64,000 nt of DNA, from NCBI GenBank assembly GCA_043808015.1, contig JAZDFI010000029.1, forward strand, positions 1 to 64,000, given 5' to 3'. The notes beneath the pieces were generated by a model that saw only the letters and a list, made by a program, of their open reading frames with translations, made no database searches and was not told the origin of the DNA. Positions 18,901 to 27,832 of this stretch are shown here, piece after piece. The position numbers and the translations under genes were made by a program. The stretch comes from Candidatus Aenigmatarchaeota archaeon. Its GTDB lineage: Archaea > Aenigmatarchaeota > Aenigmatarchaeia > QMZP01 > QMZT01. Within the stretch, counting starts at the first letter, position 1. Every line of letters begins with the position of its first letter.

Positions 18901-19699
18901 TTTCGAATCCCCGCGCCTGGGCGCATCCACAGGCGATATTATGACGACCGATAACGAGACAGGAACAAAGGAGGGCTGGTTCTTCATACCGGGTGACACT
19001 GAAGTCTCGACGGAAGTGCTTGATTCCAAAATAACCTCTTATTCCTCGTACTATTGGACGGACAGGCTTTGGGTCAACTCGTCCAGCACGCCTAATCAAA
19101 ACTGGACGCGCGTATACTGGCTCGCAAATTACTCAAGCGACTACGAAAAACTGGGAGACCCGTACATAGTGCAGATACCGCCCAACATTCTTACAGCGAA
19201 CGGCAACAATTCGTTTAAAATAGGCACCGGGCTTCGTCCGACTCCGCTGTCCGGAGGCAAAGGCGCCTCGCCGGACGACAGGGTGATTTACACGCTGGGC
19301 ATAAAAGGCATAAGCCTCACCCAATACAGCGATGTTTTTGCCAAGGCTAAAGGTTCGACTGTCACGATATATTACGATGCGAACGGCGATAACGTCGCGG
19401 ACAGCTCTTCTGTGGTGGAAATCGGACCGGACCCTGACGACAATTTCGACCCCATGAACGACTCGATAGATAATGGTTTTATGAAGCTCATTGACAGGAT
19501 GAATTTCATGAGCGATGTTAATTCAGGCGTGGTCGACTTAAATTACACGGCATCGGGACCAAGCGGCACCGGCGACGGCTCTTCAGGCAACCCGGTCGAC
19601 CTGGAAATAACAGAAGACGTGAATTTCAATTCTGATTTCATATCCCAGATATCATCCATGTGGGGTCCTGCGATAATGGAGGTAAAAATATGGGGATGA
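15956..19699 (+). CDS. Large surface protein with class III (pilin-like) signal and interrupted vWA domain
   Basis: True start MKRGFLLSLDAIVA at 15956; MIDAS DISGS; MSDGLAN and YTVAFG vWA elements; many N-x-S/T sequons. Confidence 0.8.
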   Translation: MKRGFLLSLDAIVAITLLLSVSTFLAGISFTYSTPELRYQRYYYAGKDIAALFQEARISSVSDVVNLTKYNLTQEEMNRTILDVIGSFWAGGNMSVASNLTRDIFSEVLGNTGLNYEVSFNDETIYASDDSYSDFVARLSTVVSGYEKTKPVNGYLAKVYVTKVSKTNSEFIYFGGYEGDGNITKVITLPVDVNVTGAYLEMNVGNNFLLYINGQAAGTYVKSAVNFSADNWTICSKTNPSYCSYFAAGQNIIQLNFTTNQSTYVGGGYLKVTYKTSELTEYTTSGNASDYYEFPGIRGIINLYSSFYVPGTLKNMSARLHYNNNLSLNNQGVPVYFVIGSKEIYRSNATGEHVIDIPEKNISDAFGGKANLTEKLSNATIPIRFGTDTFAFTSGEGTSDSILITDISGSMGGSTASCDVQTTACEHTDCNTASGCQNYRIDVAKDVDNDFVDNILNYTGNMLGLISYSTTVYDSHPLSNDSSSLHAEIDGYTPTDYTCISCGILIATDMLLDAAVINETIKPNSTWLYNVSFPSSEPPVVNGSEWTWQNYSDDGWSSGQSILGFESPSYFPNINTNIGNNGGNYYFRKHFNFTKAMIDSADLYVLSDNAAEIYLNGHLVYNDTSEHNARYWNNYYDVLDENFESYYASGDNRLYSTEINRTPGYWIVDGTPDADKEVFIMANYAGYPAHKGTDVMVFRDMDAYGSVETHLNLSGKANLTLSYWWSLGDDEPDSGEYSNMRIWDGSWHTVKTYNASHVYGDYHKETIDLNAYNMVNNFTVRFGSRSSSDTERFYVDDVRIAGSATHIETSYFNDGENVVAVRLRNNDAVAAKFDAALNITMKRYKAMLVMSDGLANRPLGVNATEDAVSKACDARRRDIQTYTVAFGTQADGETLKKIACWNCTTGSWIPNCDRFYNSTDAEELQQIYRSIARDIANASYAGQLFNFTGNVSMNNILYTDSYIYFDYTPVVRTPEYGEITLNFESPRLGASTGDIMTTDNETGTKEGWFFIPGDTEVSTEVLDSKITSYSSYYWTDRLWVNSSSTPNQNWTRVYWLANYSSDYEKLGDPYIVQIPPNILTANGNNSFKIGTGLRPTPLSGGKGASPDDRVIYTLGIKGISLTQYSDVFAKAKGSTVTIYYDANGDNVADSSSVVEIGPDPDDNFDPMNDSIDNGFMKLIDRMNFMSDVNSGVVDLNYTASGPSGTGDGSSGNPVDLEITEDVNFNSDFISQISSMWGPAIMEVKIWG

Positions 19700-20382
19700 G
19701 TAAAGCGAAAGTTTTGTTTGTGTCTGCTGTTGCGTTTTCAATTTTGATGTTGTTTATGAGTCATGCTACCGCTCAGGAGGATGAAGAAAAAATAGTGTGC
19801 CTGGTTTACTTCACAAGCAACGGCTGCGGGGACGAGTGCAGGTTCACTGATACTTTCATGAGCGGCCTGATGCGAGAATACGCAGGAACTCTAGTGTCGA
19901 TAATTTATTTCGTTGATGATAGCGCACAAAACAGCGTCGTTTTCAATGCGTACAGGTCGACATATAATCTGCCGGCCAACGTCCCCATAGTTTTGTTCGG
20001 CAAAGACGATTATCTGCAAGGGAGGAGTGACATATACGAGGGTACTGAAAAAAAAATATTCGATTTTCTGCTGGCCAACGGCACCAACTGCCCGCTGGAC
20101 TCGGGCTTTGTTGCACCGAGCCAGCTCTCGCCTGGAAGCGTCCCCGGCGCGCAAATCCTGAGAATGCCCCCAGACAAGGAAGCTGTAAAAAATGACAGCA
20201 TAGGGACGATTTCCGAAGATGATGATGTCATGAATGGCAATGACAGCGGACCCGGAGATATCCTGGCGCTGAACGAACCCATGAAAGAAAGCGTCTTCTC
20301 CCTTGTTATTATAGGAATTGTTCTGATAGTGGTGGCCGCCATCATTATTTATGTGTGGACTAAAACGCAGGAAAGTTTATGA
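19690..20382 (+). CDS. Membrane-anchored thioredoxin-fold protein
   Basis: Signal peptide, VYFTSNGCGDEC, VPIVLFG cis-Pro motif, C-terminal TM. Confidence 0.65.
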   Translation: MGMSKAKVLFVSAVAFSILMLFMSHATAQEDEEKIVCLVYFTSNGCGDECRFTDTFMSGLMREYAGTLVSIIYFVDDSAQNSVVFNAYRSTYNLPANVPIVLFGKDDYLQGRSDIYEGTEKKIFDFLLANGTNCPLDSGFVAPSQLSPGSVPGAQILRMPPDKEAVKNDSIGTISEDDDVMNGNDSGPGDILALNEPMKESVFSLVIIGIVLIVVAAIIIYVWTKTQESL

Positions 20383-20759
20383 AAAATACGATAAAGGCTC
20401 TCATTTTTCTTTCGCTAGCGCTAGCCGAGACTCTCGCTCTGATCTGGTTCTCGCTGCAGCCGTCAGCAGCTTTCGTCCCTGGCGTTGGCTTCCTGCGACT
20501 TGGCGACCTGGAGCATTTAGCGGCTTATGCTGTGTATGGCTTCATGTGGTCTGCTTTTCTCCTCACTTACAAAAAAAAGCCCGGTGTCGCGATGGCGATT
20601 CTGCTGTCGCTGGCGATAGGTTCCGCGATCGGAGCGCTGTGCGAAACACTGCAGTTTTTCGTCCCCACGCGCGTGGCCGACCCGCTTGACTGGGCAATCG
20701 ATTCGGCAGGCTCGCTTTGCGGAGCGGCTGCGGCCGTTAAAGCCAAAAACCTTTTTTAA
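20379..20759 (+). CDS. VanZ family membrane protein
   Basis: HLAAY...ETLQFFVPTRVADPLDWAIDSAG. Confidence 0.85.
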   Translation: MKNTIKALIFLSLALAETLALIWFSLQPSAAFVPGVGFLRLGDLEHLAAYAVYGFMWSAFLLTYKKKPGVAMAILLSLAIGSAIGALCETLQFFVPTRVADPLDWAIDSAGSLCGAAAAVKAKNLF

Positions 20760-20799
20760 AGTCAAAGCCGAATCTGATTATATTGATGTTAGTGGTGTC

Positions 20800-21297
20800 A
20801 TGAAAACTCCAATATGCGGCATTTGCCTGAATTCGGACATGCTCTGCATGGCGTGCAATAAAAAGCTAGATGAAGGCATCATCAGCGATAGCGACGTTCG
20901 CCTGGCCCGGGCAGTCAAAACGCTAGCATCCACTTTCAAAGTTCTTGACAACATAACCATAAAAAAAGTCATGGAAGGCAGCACCATCATTTTAATGCTG
21001 TGCGGCAGGGGTGACAGGCCGAAGCTTGTGGGGAGGGAAGGTGTCGTGATAAACCGTCTTTCTAAAATGATGGGAAAACCCGTAAGGGTCGTAGAGGAGA
21101 CGGAAGACCTGAAGGACTTCATAAAAAATGTCATACATCCGGTCCCGCTAGAAGGGATTAACGTGGTTTACAGCAACGAAGGCGAAACGCTGAAGGTGCT
21201 AATCCCGCGCAACAGGAATTTGCCGCTGGCGGAGGCGACATTCAGGGAAATAATCAAGATGGTTTTCGGCAGGAATGCGGTCGTCGCAAAAGCGTGA
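20800..21297 (+). CDS. NusA-like KH-domain protein (Cys-rich N-terminus)
   Basis: MKTPICGIC...LCMAC; LVGREG KH motif; GKPVRVVE. Confidence 0.8.
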   Translation: MKTPICGICLNSDMLCMACNKKLDEGIISDSDVRLARAVKTLASTFKVLDNITIKKVMEGSTIILMLCGRGDRPKLVGREGVVINRLSKMMGKPVRVVEETEDLKDFIKNVIHPVPLEGINVVYSNEGETLKVLIPRNRNLPLAEATFREIIKMVFGRNAVVAKA

Positions 21298-21307
21298 AGT
21301 GATATTC

Positions 21308-23080
21308 ATGGGCAGAAAAAGAATAGTCGTTTGTGACAGGGAATTGTGCAGGTTCGAGAAGTGCGGCTATCGCTGCATAAAATCATGTCCTGTCAACCGT
21401 TCCGGTGAAGAATGCATAGTGAAAGAGGCGAATGGCTATCCGGCGTTCAACGAAGAACTCTGCATCGGCTGCGGCCTCTGCGTCAAGGCATGCGACAAAG
21501 CCGGCTTCAGCGCCATAGCTGTCGTCAACCTTCCGAAAGAGCTTGACGAAGACCCGATACACAGATACGGCAAAAATCAGTTCGCTCTTTACCGCCTGCC
21601 GATGCCAAAGAAAAACATGGTCATGGGCCTTATAGGCCCTAACGGGGTGGGCAAGACCACTGTGCTTAACATACTATCTGGAAATCTCAAACCGAACATG
21701 GGAACTTTCAGGGGTAAAGTGGAGTGGCGTGCCATAATCGAGAAGTTCAAGGGGACGGAGCTGCAGGACTATCTGCAGACGCTCGCGATGAACGGATTGA
21801 GTGTAGGTTACAAGCCGCAGCATGTCGATTTTATTCCAAAAATGTGGAAAGGCAAAGTGATAGACCTGCTCAAGAAGCATGGCGGCTATGAAAATGTCGC
21901 CGGGCGTCTGGGCATAGGTGAAATGTTTGAAAAAGAAATAAAGACGCTTTCCGGCGGGGAGCTGCAGCTGCTAGCGGTGGCCGCTGTGATTTCAAAGGAA
22001 TATGACTTTTATTTTTTTGACGAGCCTTCGAGCTATCTCGATGTACAACAGCGCTTGACTGTCGCCAGAGAAATACGGGAGCTGGCCAAGAAGCACGAGG
22101 TGATGGTAGTGGAGCACGACCTGGCGATACTCGACTACCTGAGCGACCACGTGCACATACTTTATGGCCAGCCCGGCGCCTTCGGTGTCGTCTCGAATCC
22201 ATACGGGGTCCGCGTAGGCATAAACACGTATCTGGAGGGTTTCATAAATGAGGAGAACGTCCGCTTCCGCGACAAACCCATTCTCTTCTCAAAAACCGCG
22301 AGGTCAGTATCCAAGGACCGGCTTCTTGCTGAATTCACCGGGTTCGAAAAGAAATTTGGCCAGTTCAGCATAAGAACTGAACCTGGCGAGATTTACAAAG
22401 GCGAGGTGATCGGGATTCTCGGGCCCAACAGTATAGGCAAGACTACATTCATCCGTATGCTCGTGGGCGAACTGAAAGCCGACAAAGGCAAGCCTGTCGA
22501 GATGGCGCTATCTTACAAGCCACAGAGGCTCATTTTTGAAGGAGAAAACCTTGATGCGAGGGAATACATAAGGAACGCCATTGGCGACAAAGTCGATGAC
22601 ACCGAATACAAGCGGATGCTTTCTGCGCTGAACATAGAGCGCAACATGGATAAAAAAATGAAAAACCTTTCCGGCGGCGAATTGCAGGCGGTGTTCATAG
22701 CTTGCGCCATGGGTAAAGAGCACGACATCCTGCTGCTCGACGAACCTTCCGCTTTTCTTGATGTGGAGCAGCGCCTGAGGGTGGCAAAGATAATAAGGTC
22801 TCACGTAGAGGGACGCGAGACTTCAGCGTTCGTCGTCGACCACGACCTTCAGCTCATCGATTCCGTTGCTGACAGGATTATCGTTTTCGACGGCGAACGC
22901 GGCGTGAGCGGCCTTGGAAAAAAGCCGTGCTCGCTGAACGACGGCATGAATCGTTTTCTCAAAACGCTGGACATAACTTTCCGCCGCGACCCGCAGACGG
23001 GACGCGCCCGCGCGAACAAGCCGGACTCGCAGAAGGACAGGGAACAGAAGGAAAACGGGCAATATTATTACTCTGATTGA
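21308..23080 (+). CDS. rli1: Ribosome recycling ATPase ABCE1/Rli1
   Basis: N-terminal Fe-S Cys motifs, two ABC domains with LSGGELQ, TFRRD...RANKPDSQKDREQK. Confidence 0.96.
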   Translation: MGRKRIVVCDRELCRFEKCGYRCIKSCPVNRSGEECIVKEANGYPAFNEELCIGCGLCVKACDKAGFSAIAVVNLPKELDEDPIHRYGKNQFALYRLPMPKKNMVMGLIGPNGVGKTTVLNILSGNLKPNMGTFRGKVEWRAIIEKFKGTELQDYLQTLAMNGLSVGYKPQHVDFIPKMWKGKVIDLLKKHGGYENVAGRLGIGEMFEKEIKTLSGGELQLLAVAAVISKEYDFYFFDEPSSYLDVQQRLTVAREIRELAKKHEVMVVEHDLAILDYLSDHVHILYGQPGAFGVVSNPYGVRVGINTYLEGFINEENVRFRDKPILFSKTARSVSKDRLLAEFTGFEKKFGQFSIRTEPGEIYKGEVIGILGPNSIGKTTFIRMLVGELKADKGKPVEMALSYKPQRLIFEGENLDAREYIRNAIGDKVDDTEYKRMLSALNIERNMDKKMKNLSGGELQAVFIACAMGKEHDILLLDEPSAFLDVEQRLRVAKIIRSHVEGRETSAFVVDHDLQLIDSVADRIIVFDGERGVSGLGKKPCSLNDGMNRFLKTLDITFRRDPQTGRARANKPDSQKDREQKENGQYYYSD

Positions 23081-23082
23081 GG

Positions 23083-24024
23083 TCACTCAAACTGGGTTGG
23101 CTGGCTTTCGACTTTAACTGAAACTATTTTGTATATAGAGAAAAGCATGAACGCCGCCCCGAGCCACTGAACCAGCGATAGCGTTTTGCCGTAAATCGCG
23201 AATTCGAGTATTATCGCGGTAATGGGGAACGCCAGCTCGTATATTGTCGATTTTGATGCAGGCACGTGCTTGAGGCCGTAATAATATATGAATATCGCCA
23301 CTCCACCCGTGGTGAAAGCTATGAGCAGTAAAGTCGCGATGTTCGCCGGCTCAACTGCCGCGAATTTGTCGAAACGATTAGTAGCCGTTATAATCAGCAG
23401 CAAGATTAATGTGGTTATGCCGAACCTGAGGTACGTTCCAACACGAAAGTTCACTTTGTGTATCGCCCTCTTGCTGAATGTCGTCGACGAGCCGAACGCA
23501 AACGCTGCAACCAGCGAAAGACCGGCGGCGATTAACGTCTTGTTTTCTAGGCTCAGCACGGGCTGCTCGAAACCGAACGTCAATAGATAACTGCCAATCA
23601 GGGCAATGGCAGCCCATATGAAAAAGTTCTTCTGCGGTTTTTCTTTGAGCACGACAGCCGCGAGCAGGATGGCAAAAATCGGCTGCAGTTTTTGCAGCAG
23701 AATCACGACTGAAAGCTGGATAAAACCGACGAAGAACAGCGCCGACGTTATGGCCATCGTGCCTATCGCGCCACCGAAGAGGCCGACCCACGCGAACGAA
23801 CCCCAGTCTCTGGGCTTTAGTTTTTTCAGCTCTTTGCGCTCGATGAACAAAAACACTGCCATGTAGCAAAATGCTATCGCATGCTCGATGAATACGACTA
23901 TCGCGACGTCAAGATGGTAAAGCGACGGACGGAGCAAAACGCCGTCGATGCCCCATAACGCCGCTGCGAACGCTATAGCAATCGCTCCGATTACGGGCAT
24001 GGATTTTTTGTCAAATGAAAACAT
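23083..24024 (-). CDS. DMT/EamA family transporter (possible riboflavin transporter)
   Basis: About 10 TM helices; LLQKLQPIFAILLA EamA motif; directly downstream of the riboflavin kinase gene. Confidence 0.85.
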   Translation of the reverse strand: MFSFDKKSMPVIGAIAIAFAAALWGIDGVLLRPSLYHLDVAIVVFIEHAIAFCYMAVFLFIERKELKKLKPRDWGSFAWVGLFGGAIGTMAITSALFFVGFIQLSVVILLQKLQPIFAILLAAVVLKEKPQKNFFIWAAIALIGSYLLTFGFEQPVLSLENKTLIAAGLSLVAAFAFGSSTTFSKRAIHKVNFRVGTYLRFGITTLILLLIITATNRFDKFAAVEPANIATLLLIAFTTGGVAIFIYYYGLKHVPASKSTIYELAFPITAIILEFAIYGKTLSLVQWLGAAFMLFSIYKIVSVKVESQPTQFE

Positions 24025-24029
24025 GAAAA

Positions 24030-24686
24030 TTATATCCTTATTTCGACATGGACGTAATCGTCCTCTTTCAGGCAAAGCGTTTTTCTCAGGTCTTCCGATG
24101 CTATTATTTCAACTATGTCCGTGGGATGGTGTGTCCTTTCTGGAATTATGACCGCGCCCCTGGCCTTGCGGTTTATCATGCACGGATAAGTGTTGATGTC
24201 GCCGAATGCCCTGTTGTCCTTTTTGAAGCCGCGTATGGTTATGGGCCGCATGTTTTCCATCTCGTCTTTTGCCTTAACGTCCTGGACCGTTTTCAGGCGT
24301 ACGTTAAGCGTGCCGAGAAACGGGCGAAACCCCAATTTTTCATGGAACTGCAAAAAGTATTCGTCCTGACCGACATAATAACGTCCTTCGCCGGATCCCG
24401 ACACCAGCACGCCTCCGAATGCGATGGATTCGGTTTTAGGACGCTCGACAATTTCCCTGAGTTCCAGATATTTTTTCCTTATGAACTTCGCGCCTTCGTC
24501 CGTAAGCGATACGAACTGGCCTTTCGCCGCCGTCTCCCGCTCTATCAGACCGAGACTCTCCAGCTCGCGTATCTTGCGCGACATGGTCTGCTGTGACGAG
24601 CCGAGCCTCTTGGCCATATCCAGCGTGGTGACCCTGGTCTTTCTTTTAGCCAGCTCGACTAGCACGTCAAACATCTCGCACTTCAT
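24030..24686 (-). CDS. ribK: HTH-fused CTP-dependent riboflavin kinase (RbkR-type)
   Basis: N-terminal HTH SQQTMSRKIRELE; SGSGEGRYY, PFLGTLN, PERTHH and EIIA motifs. Confidence 0.92.
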   Translation of the reverse strand: MKCEMFDVLVELAKRKTRVTTLDMAKRLGSSQQTMSRKIRELESLGLIERETAAKGQFVSLTDEGAKFIRKKYLELREIVERPKTESIAFGGVLVSGSGEGRYYVGQDEYFLQFHEKLGFRPFLGTLNVRLKTVQDVKAKDEMENMRPITIRGFKKDNRAFGDINTYPCMINRKARGAVIIPERTHHPTDIVEIIASEDLRKTLCLKEDDYVHVEIRI

Positions 24687-24742
24687 GCAAAGATATTGTC
24701 AGAACTCACTTAAAAATGTTATGCTTAACATAATTGGGTAAT

Positions 24743-25240
24743 CTATTCGAACTCTATCGATCCCATGCTGTAAATTTCCTTGATGACGGCTATGAATTTT
24801 TCCGACATGGCCTTGCATCTCTCTATCATGGCCTGCCTGACGGTATTGTAGAAAATGTGCCAGTATACCCACCAGAAAAACATGACAAGCTTGTTGCCTG
24901 TGAATTCGTGCCTGACCACAGGCTCTATCTCCATCTTGAAAGTTCCCTCGTTTTTCGCCTTGCCCTTGAAGCCCACCATCTTTATGCCGACGATTATTTG
25001 GGAGAATCTGCCAGTCGTCCTGTTGTGCTTGGCTATGCGCCAGTAATACATCTGTATCGGGTCGCCGCCCCAGTCCCACATCCAGCGCGGTTCGCCTGTT
25101 CCGGTGGTAGTGACCTCGAACACCGAACGAAGGATTGACGTCCCTTCCCTGGTCCAGGCAAGCGGATCGGGCCCTGCATAATCTATCCATCTGTTCCTGC
25201 GCGGAGCAAAACAATCGTCTTCAACTATGAACTTGCCCAT
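24743..25240 (-). CDS. Conserved hypothetical protein (paralog of 25253-25771)
   Basis: Shares I.EDC...I.Y.GP.P and G...I.++PV+R.E motifs with its neighbour. Confidence 0.7.
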   Translation of the reverse strand: MGKFIVEDDCFAPRRNRWIDYAGPDPLAWTREGTSILRSVFEVTTTGTGEPRWMWDWGGDPIQMYYWRIAKHNRTTGRFSQIIVGIKMVGFKGKAKNEGTFKMEIEPVVRHEFTGNKLVMFFWWVYWHIFYNTVRQAMIERCKAMSEKFIAVIKEIYSMGSIEFE

Positions 25241-25252
25241 GTTACACCTGGT

Positions 25253-25771
25253 TTACCCGCTCTCGTCCCTCAGCTGTCTCAAGAACTCGTGAACGTTCCT
25301 GTTGAAAATAGTGACCATGTTCCTGCAGTCTTCCGCGTACTCCTCCCTCTTGCGGAAATAGAACGACCTGTGCCAGGCGACACGGAGCATCTCATAAAAC
25401 AGGGAACGCTGCCATATCGTGTCCTGCGGGTATTCGGTCCTCATGACCGGCTTTACCCTGATCTCGGCGTTGCCAGTCTTTTCGTCTCCGTATCCGGAAA
25501 TGTCGACTCTTATGAACATGTAGGTATACGGGTCAATGTCCTTGTGGATGTACCATCTTACCTTGAACTTCTCCTTTTCTCCCTTGCCCCAGCTGTATTT
25601 TTCTTCCTGTATGTCGGAATCGGCGGCTCGAAAGACCGCTTTCATGAGATCGTAAACCTTGTAATAAAGCTTCATGGGATTCGGGCCCACGTAATTTATA
25701 GTGACCCTTTCCGGTCTTTCCCTGTAGCAATCTTCCTGTATCAGCAGCTTCGTTCTCGCAAACTGTGGCAT
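25253..25771 (-). CDS. Conserved hypothetical protein (paralog of 24743-25240)
   Basis: 172-aa ORF with SD (AAGGTG); motifs shared with its neighbour. Confidence 0.72.
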   Translation of the reverse strand: MPQFARTKLLIQEDCYRERPERVTINYVGPNPMKLYYKVYDLMKAVFRAADSDIQEEKYSWGKGEKEKFKVRWYIHKDIDPYTYMFIRVDISGYGDEKTGNAEIRVKPVMRTEYPQDTIWQRSLFYEMLRVAWHRSFYFRKREEYAEDCRNMVTIFNRNVHEFLRQLRDESG

Positions 25772-25846
25772 GACAACACCTTCTTAATTATTTATATTCA
25801 AAAACGAAATTATAAATTGCTATGGTATGCGTGTGAGGATGTTTTT

Positions 25847-26047
25847 ATGCTCTGGTGGCTTGTTTCAAAAATAATCGCCCTCGTAATGATAGCTGCGGGT
25901 GGTTTTCTGGTGTTCTTTTTTCCAGGCATAAGTGGACAGCAGGAGGCGGGCGCTTCCAACTACCCCCAGACGAATTTCGGCCTGGCCGGCATAGTGATAG
26001 GCCTCGTCCTCATAATAGCCGGCGGTTTCCTGCTATTCAGCCAGTGA
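25847..26047 (+). CDS. Small two-TM membrane protein
   Basis: ATG 25847 after GTGAGG; two hydrophobic helices. Confidence 0.6.
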   Translation: MLWWLVSKIIALVMIAAGGFLVFFFPGISGQQEAGASNYPQTNFGLAGIVIGLVLIIAGGFLLFSQ

Positions 26048-26091
26048 GGCGCTAGTAATACTTTTATCTCTTTCTTCCACAATTAATTATC

Positions 26092-27825
26092 ATGGCAGAC
26101 ACAGAACTCGAGAAGCCGCTCGACCGCATGACCAGGGAAGAGAAGAAAAAACGAAAAGAAGAGGCGGAAGAACACAAGAGAGAAGCGAAGGTCAGATGGT
26201 GGAAAAAAGAGCTCGGCGATTATGACACGGTCCTGGAATATCTTTTCGCCAAGGCCAGGGAAACCGGCGGCATATATGGCGATATTGTGATAAGCCCCGC
26301 CCTCATAGACCAGATAGTGACTCTCAATCCCGTCGCGCTCGAGGGCCAGGCAGAAATAATTTTCAACGTCTTCATGTACAGGCTGGCCAAATGGCATTAT
26401 CTTTTTGAAAAGGCGGACGAACTCATAAAAGTCACGCCGGTAGCGCCGCCAGCGTTCGCCCCGATGCTGGCACAGAAAGAGAAGCTGGAAAGCCACATAA
26501 AAGCGGGCCTCGCATCCGCAGCGCAGGCTGTCGCGGACTACGAGCTGCTGAAGCACGACGAAAGAAAATACAGGGAGATTCTCGACTACTTCAAGATGGG
26601 CGAGAAGGACCAGCACGTGCTGCGCGCGCTTTATGTCGACCGCGTCGACGCCTACATGGGCGATGGCTATTCGATGGTGACGATGACGAAACGCTGGCCC
26701 ACTATAATAGGCGACTTCCTGAAGATGCAGGATGCATGGACGGACACAAAACTCATAAGGGAAAGGCTTAGGGTGACGAACGTCGAGGCGAACGTGCTCA
26801 AGACGAAAAACGAACTTTTCAAGGAGTGGAAGAAGCTGTTCTTCCCGGATGTGCGCGAGCGCTACGGCAGGATAAAGAACCTGCTCGACTCGAGGAAGCG
26901 CTCCGTCGACGAATACAGGGAATGGCTCAAGCCGTATTTCAACAAGCTAAAACTGATAAGGGAGGAGTCTGAGTTGAAGGACGCGGCATCGGACTTCACG
27001 GACCCGTTAAAATTCGGGTTCACGCCGAATGGCGAGGTGAACGCGAAGCTCTGGTTCTGGAAACCCATCAGGCCGGAAGAGACAGGCAAACCCCTCATCA
27101 TCCAAGGGTGGGGCGAGATACCGATATTCGACGACTGGGTGAAGGATATGCTTCCAGCCCTTGAGGCAAAACATGAAGTCAAGTGGACTGAAGAGCAAGT
27201 AAAAAAATTTATCACTGAAAAACGGCACGGCACTCCCGGTTCAAGGACGAGCAAGCGAAAGGAATTGCTGACCATATACCCTGCACAGGAAATAGACGAG
27301 AGATTCATTTATTATTTTTTCGTGGATTTGGACTACGTGTGCCAGTACAAGAAAGGCTCGACGGGTCCGATGGTCGTTGAGGACCAGTATTGGCACTTCC
27401 ACCCTTTTCTGTTGTCAAAAAACGTCATCCTGCTCATGCAGCTTGAGCTTGCAAGTAAAAGTAAAAAGCTCAGGAATGAGATAGAGAGAATCATCGGCGT
27501 GAAGGAAATAGAGAGGGAACACATAGAACAGGCTGAGAAGGACTACAGGCTTGAGAGCGAAAACGTGCATGAGGACAAAAAGAAGACTCTCGCGAAATGG
27601 AAAGATGGCTGGGAAGGCAACAAAATAGCATGGAAGGCCAGACGGAGAAACCTCAAAAAGACGCTGCAACCACTGCTCAAATTTTTCTTCAAGCCGGGCC
27701 CGTACGAGATAAACGTCGCCGAGAGGGTCTCGAAAACGTATGGCCTGTATTTCGGAGCCCAGGTGGAGGAGATGAGGGAACTCATCAAGGAAACTAGTTA
27801 TAGGATAAGCGGTCAGAGACCATAG
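26092..27825 (+). CDS. Hypothetical helical protein (577 aa)
   Basis: Long ORF with typical codon usage; co-oriented with the TIM-barrel gene. Confidence 0.75.
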   Translation: MADTELEKPLDRMTREEKKKRKEEAEEHKREAKVRWWKKELGDYDTVLEYLFAKARETGGIYGDIVISPALIDQIVTLNPVALEGQAEIIFNVFMYRLAKWHYLFEKADELIKVTPVAPPAFAPMLAQKEKLESHIKAGLASAAQAVADYELLKHDERKYREILDYFKMGEKDQHVLRALYVDRVDAYMGDGYSMVTMTKRWPTIIGDFLKMQDAWTDTKLIRERLRVTNVEANVLKTKNELFKEWKKLFFPDVRERYGRIKNLLDSRKRSVDEYREWLKPYFNKLKLIREESELKDAASDFTDPLKFGFTPNGEVNAKLWFWKPIRPEETGKPLIIQGWGEIPIFDDWVKDMLPALEAKHEVKWTEEQVKKFITEKRHGTPGSRTSKRKELLTIYPAQEIDERFIYYFFVDLDYVCQYKKGSTGPMVVEDQYWHFHPFLLSKNVILLMQLELASKSKKLRNEIERIIGVKEIEREHIEQAEKDYRLESENVHEDKKKTLAKWKDGWEGNKIAWKARRRNLKKTLQPLLKFFFKPGPYEINVAERVSKTYGLYFGAQVEEMRELIKETSYRISGQRP

Positions 27826-27832
27826 GGTATTT

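Noticed and set aside
25289-25846. Long upstream part of the 252-aa ORF
   Set aside because: Antisense to 25253-25771; only the portion from 25847 looks like a real membrane protein.
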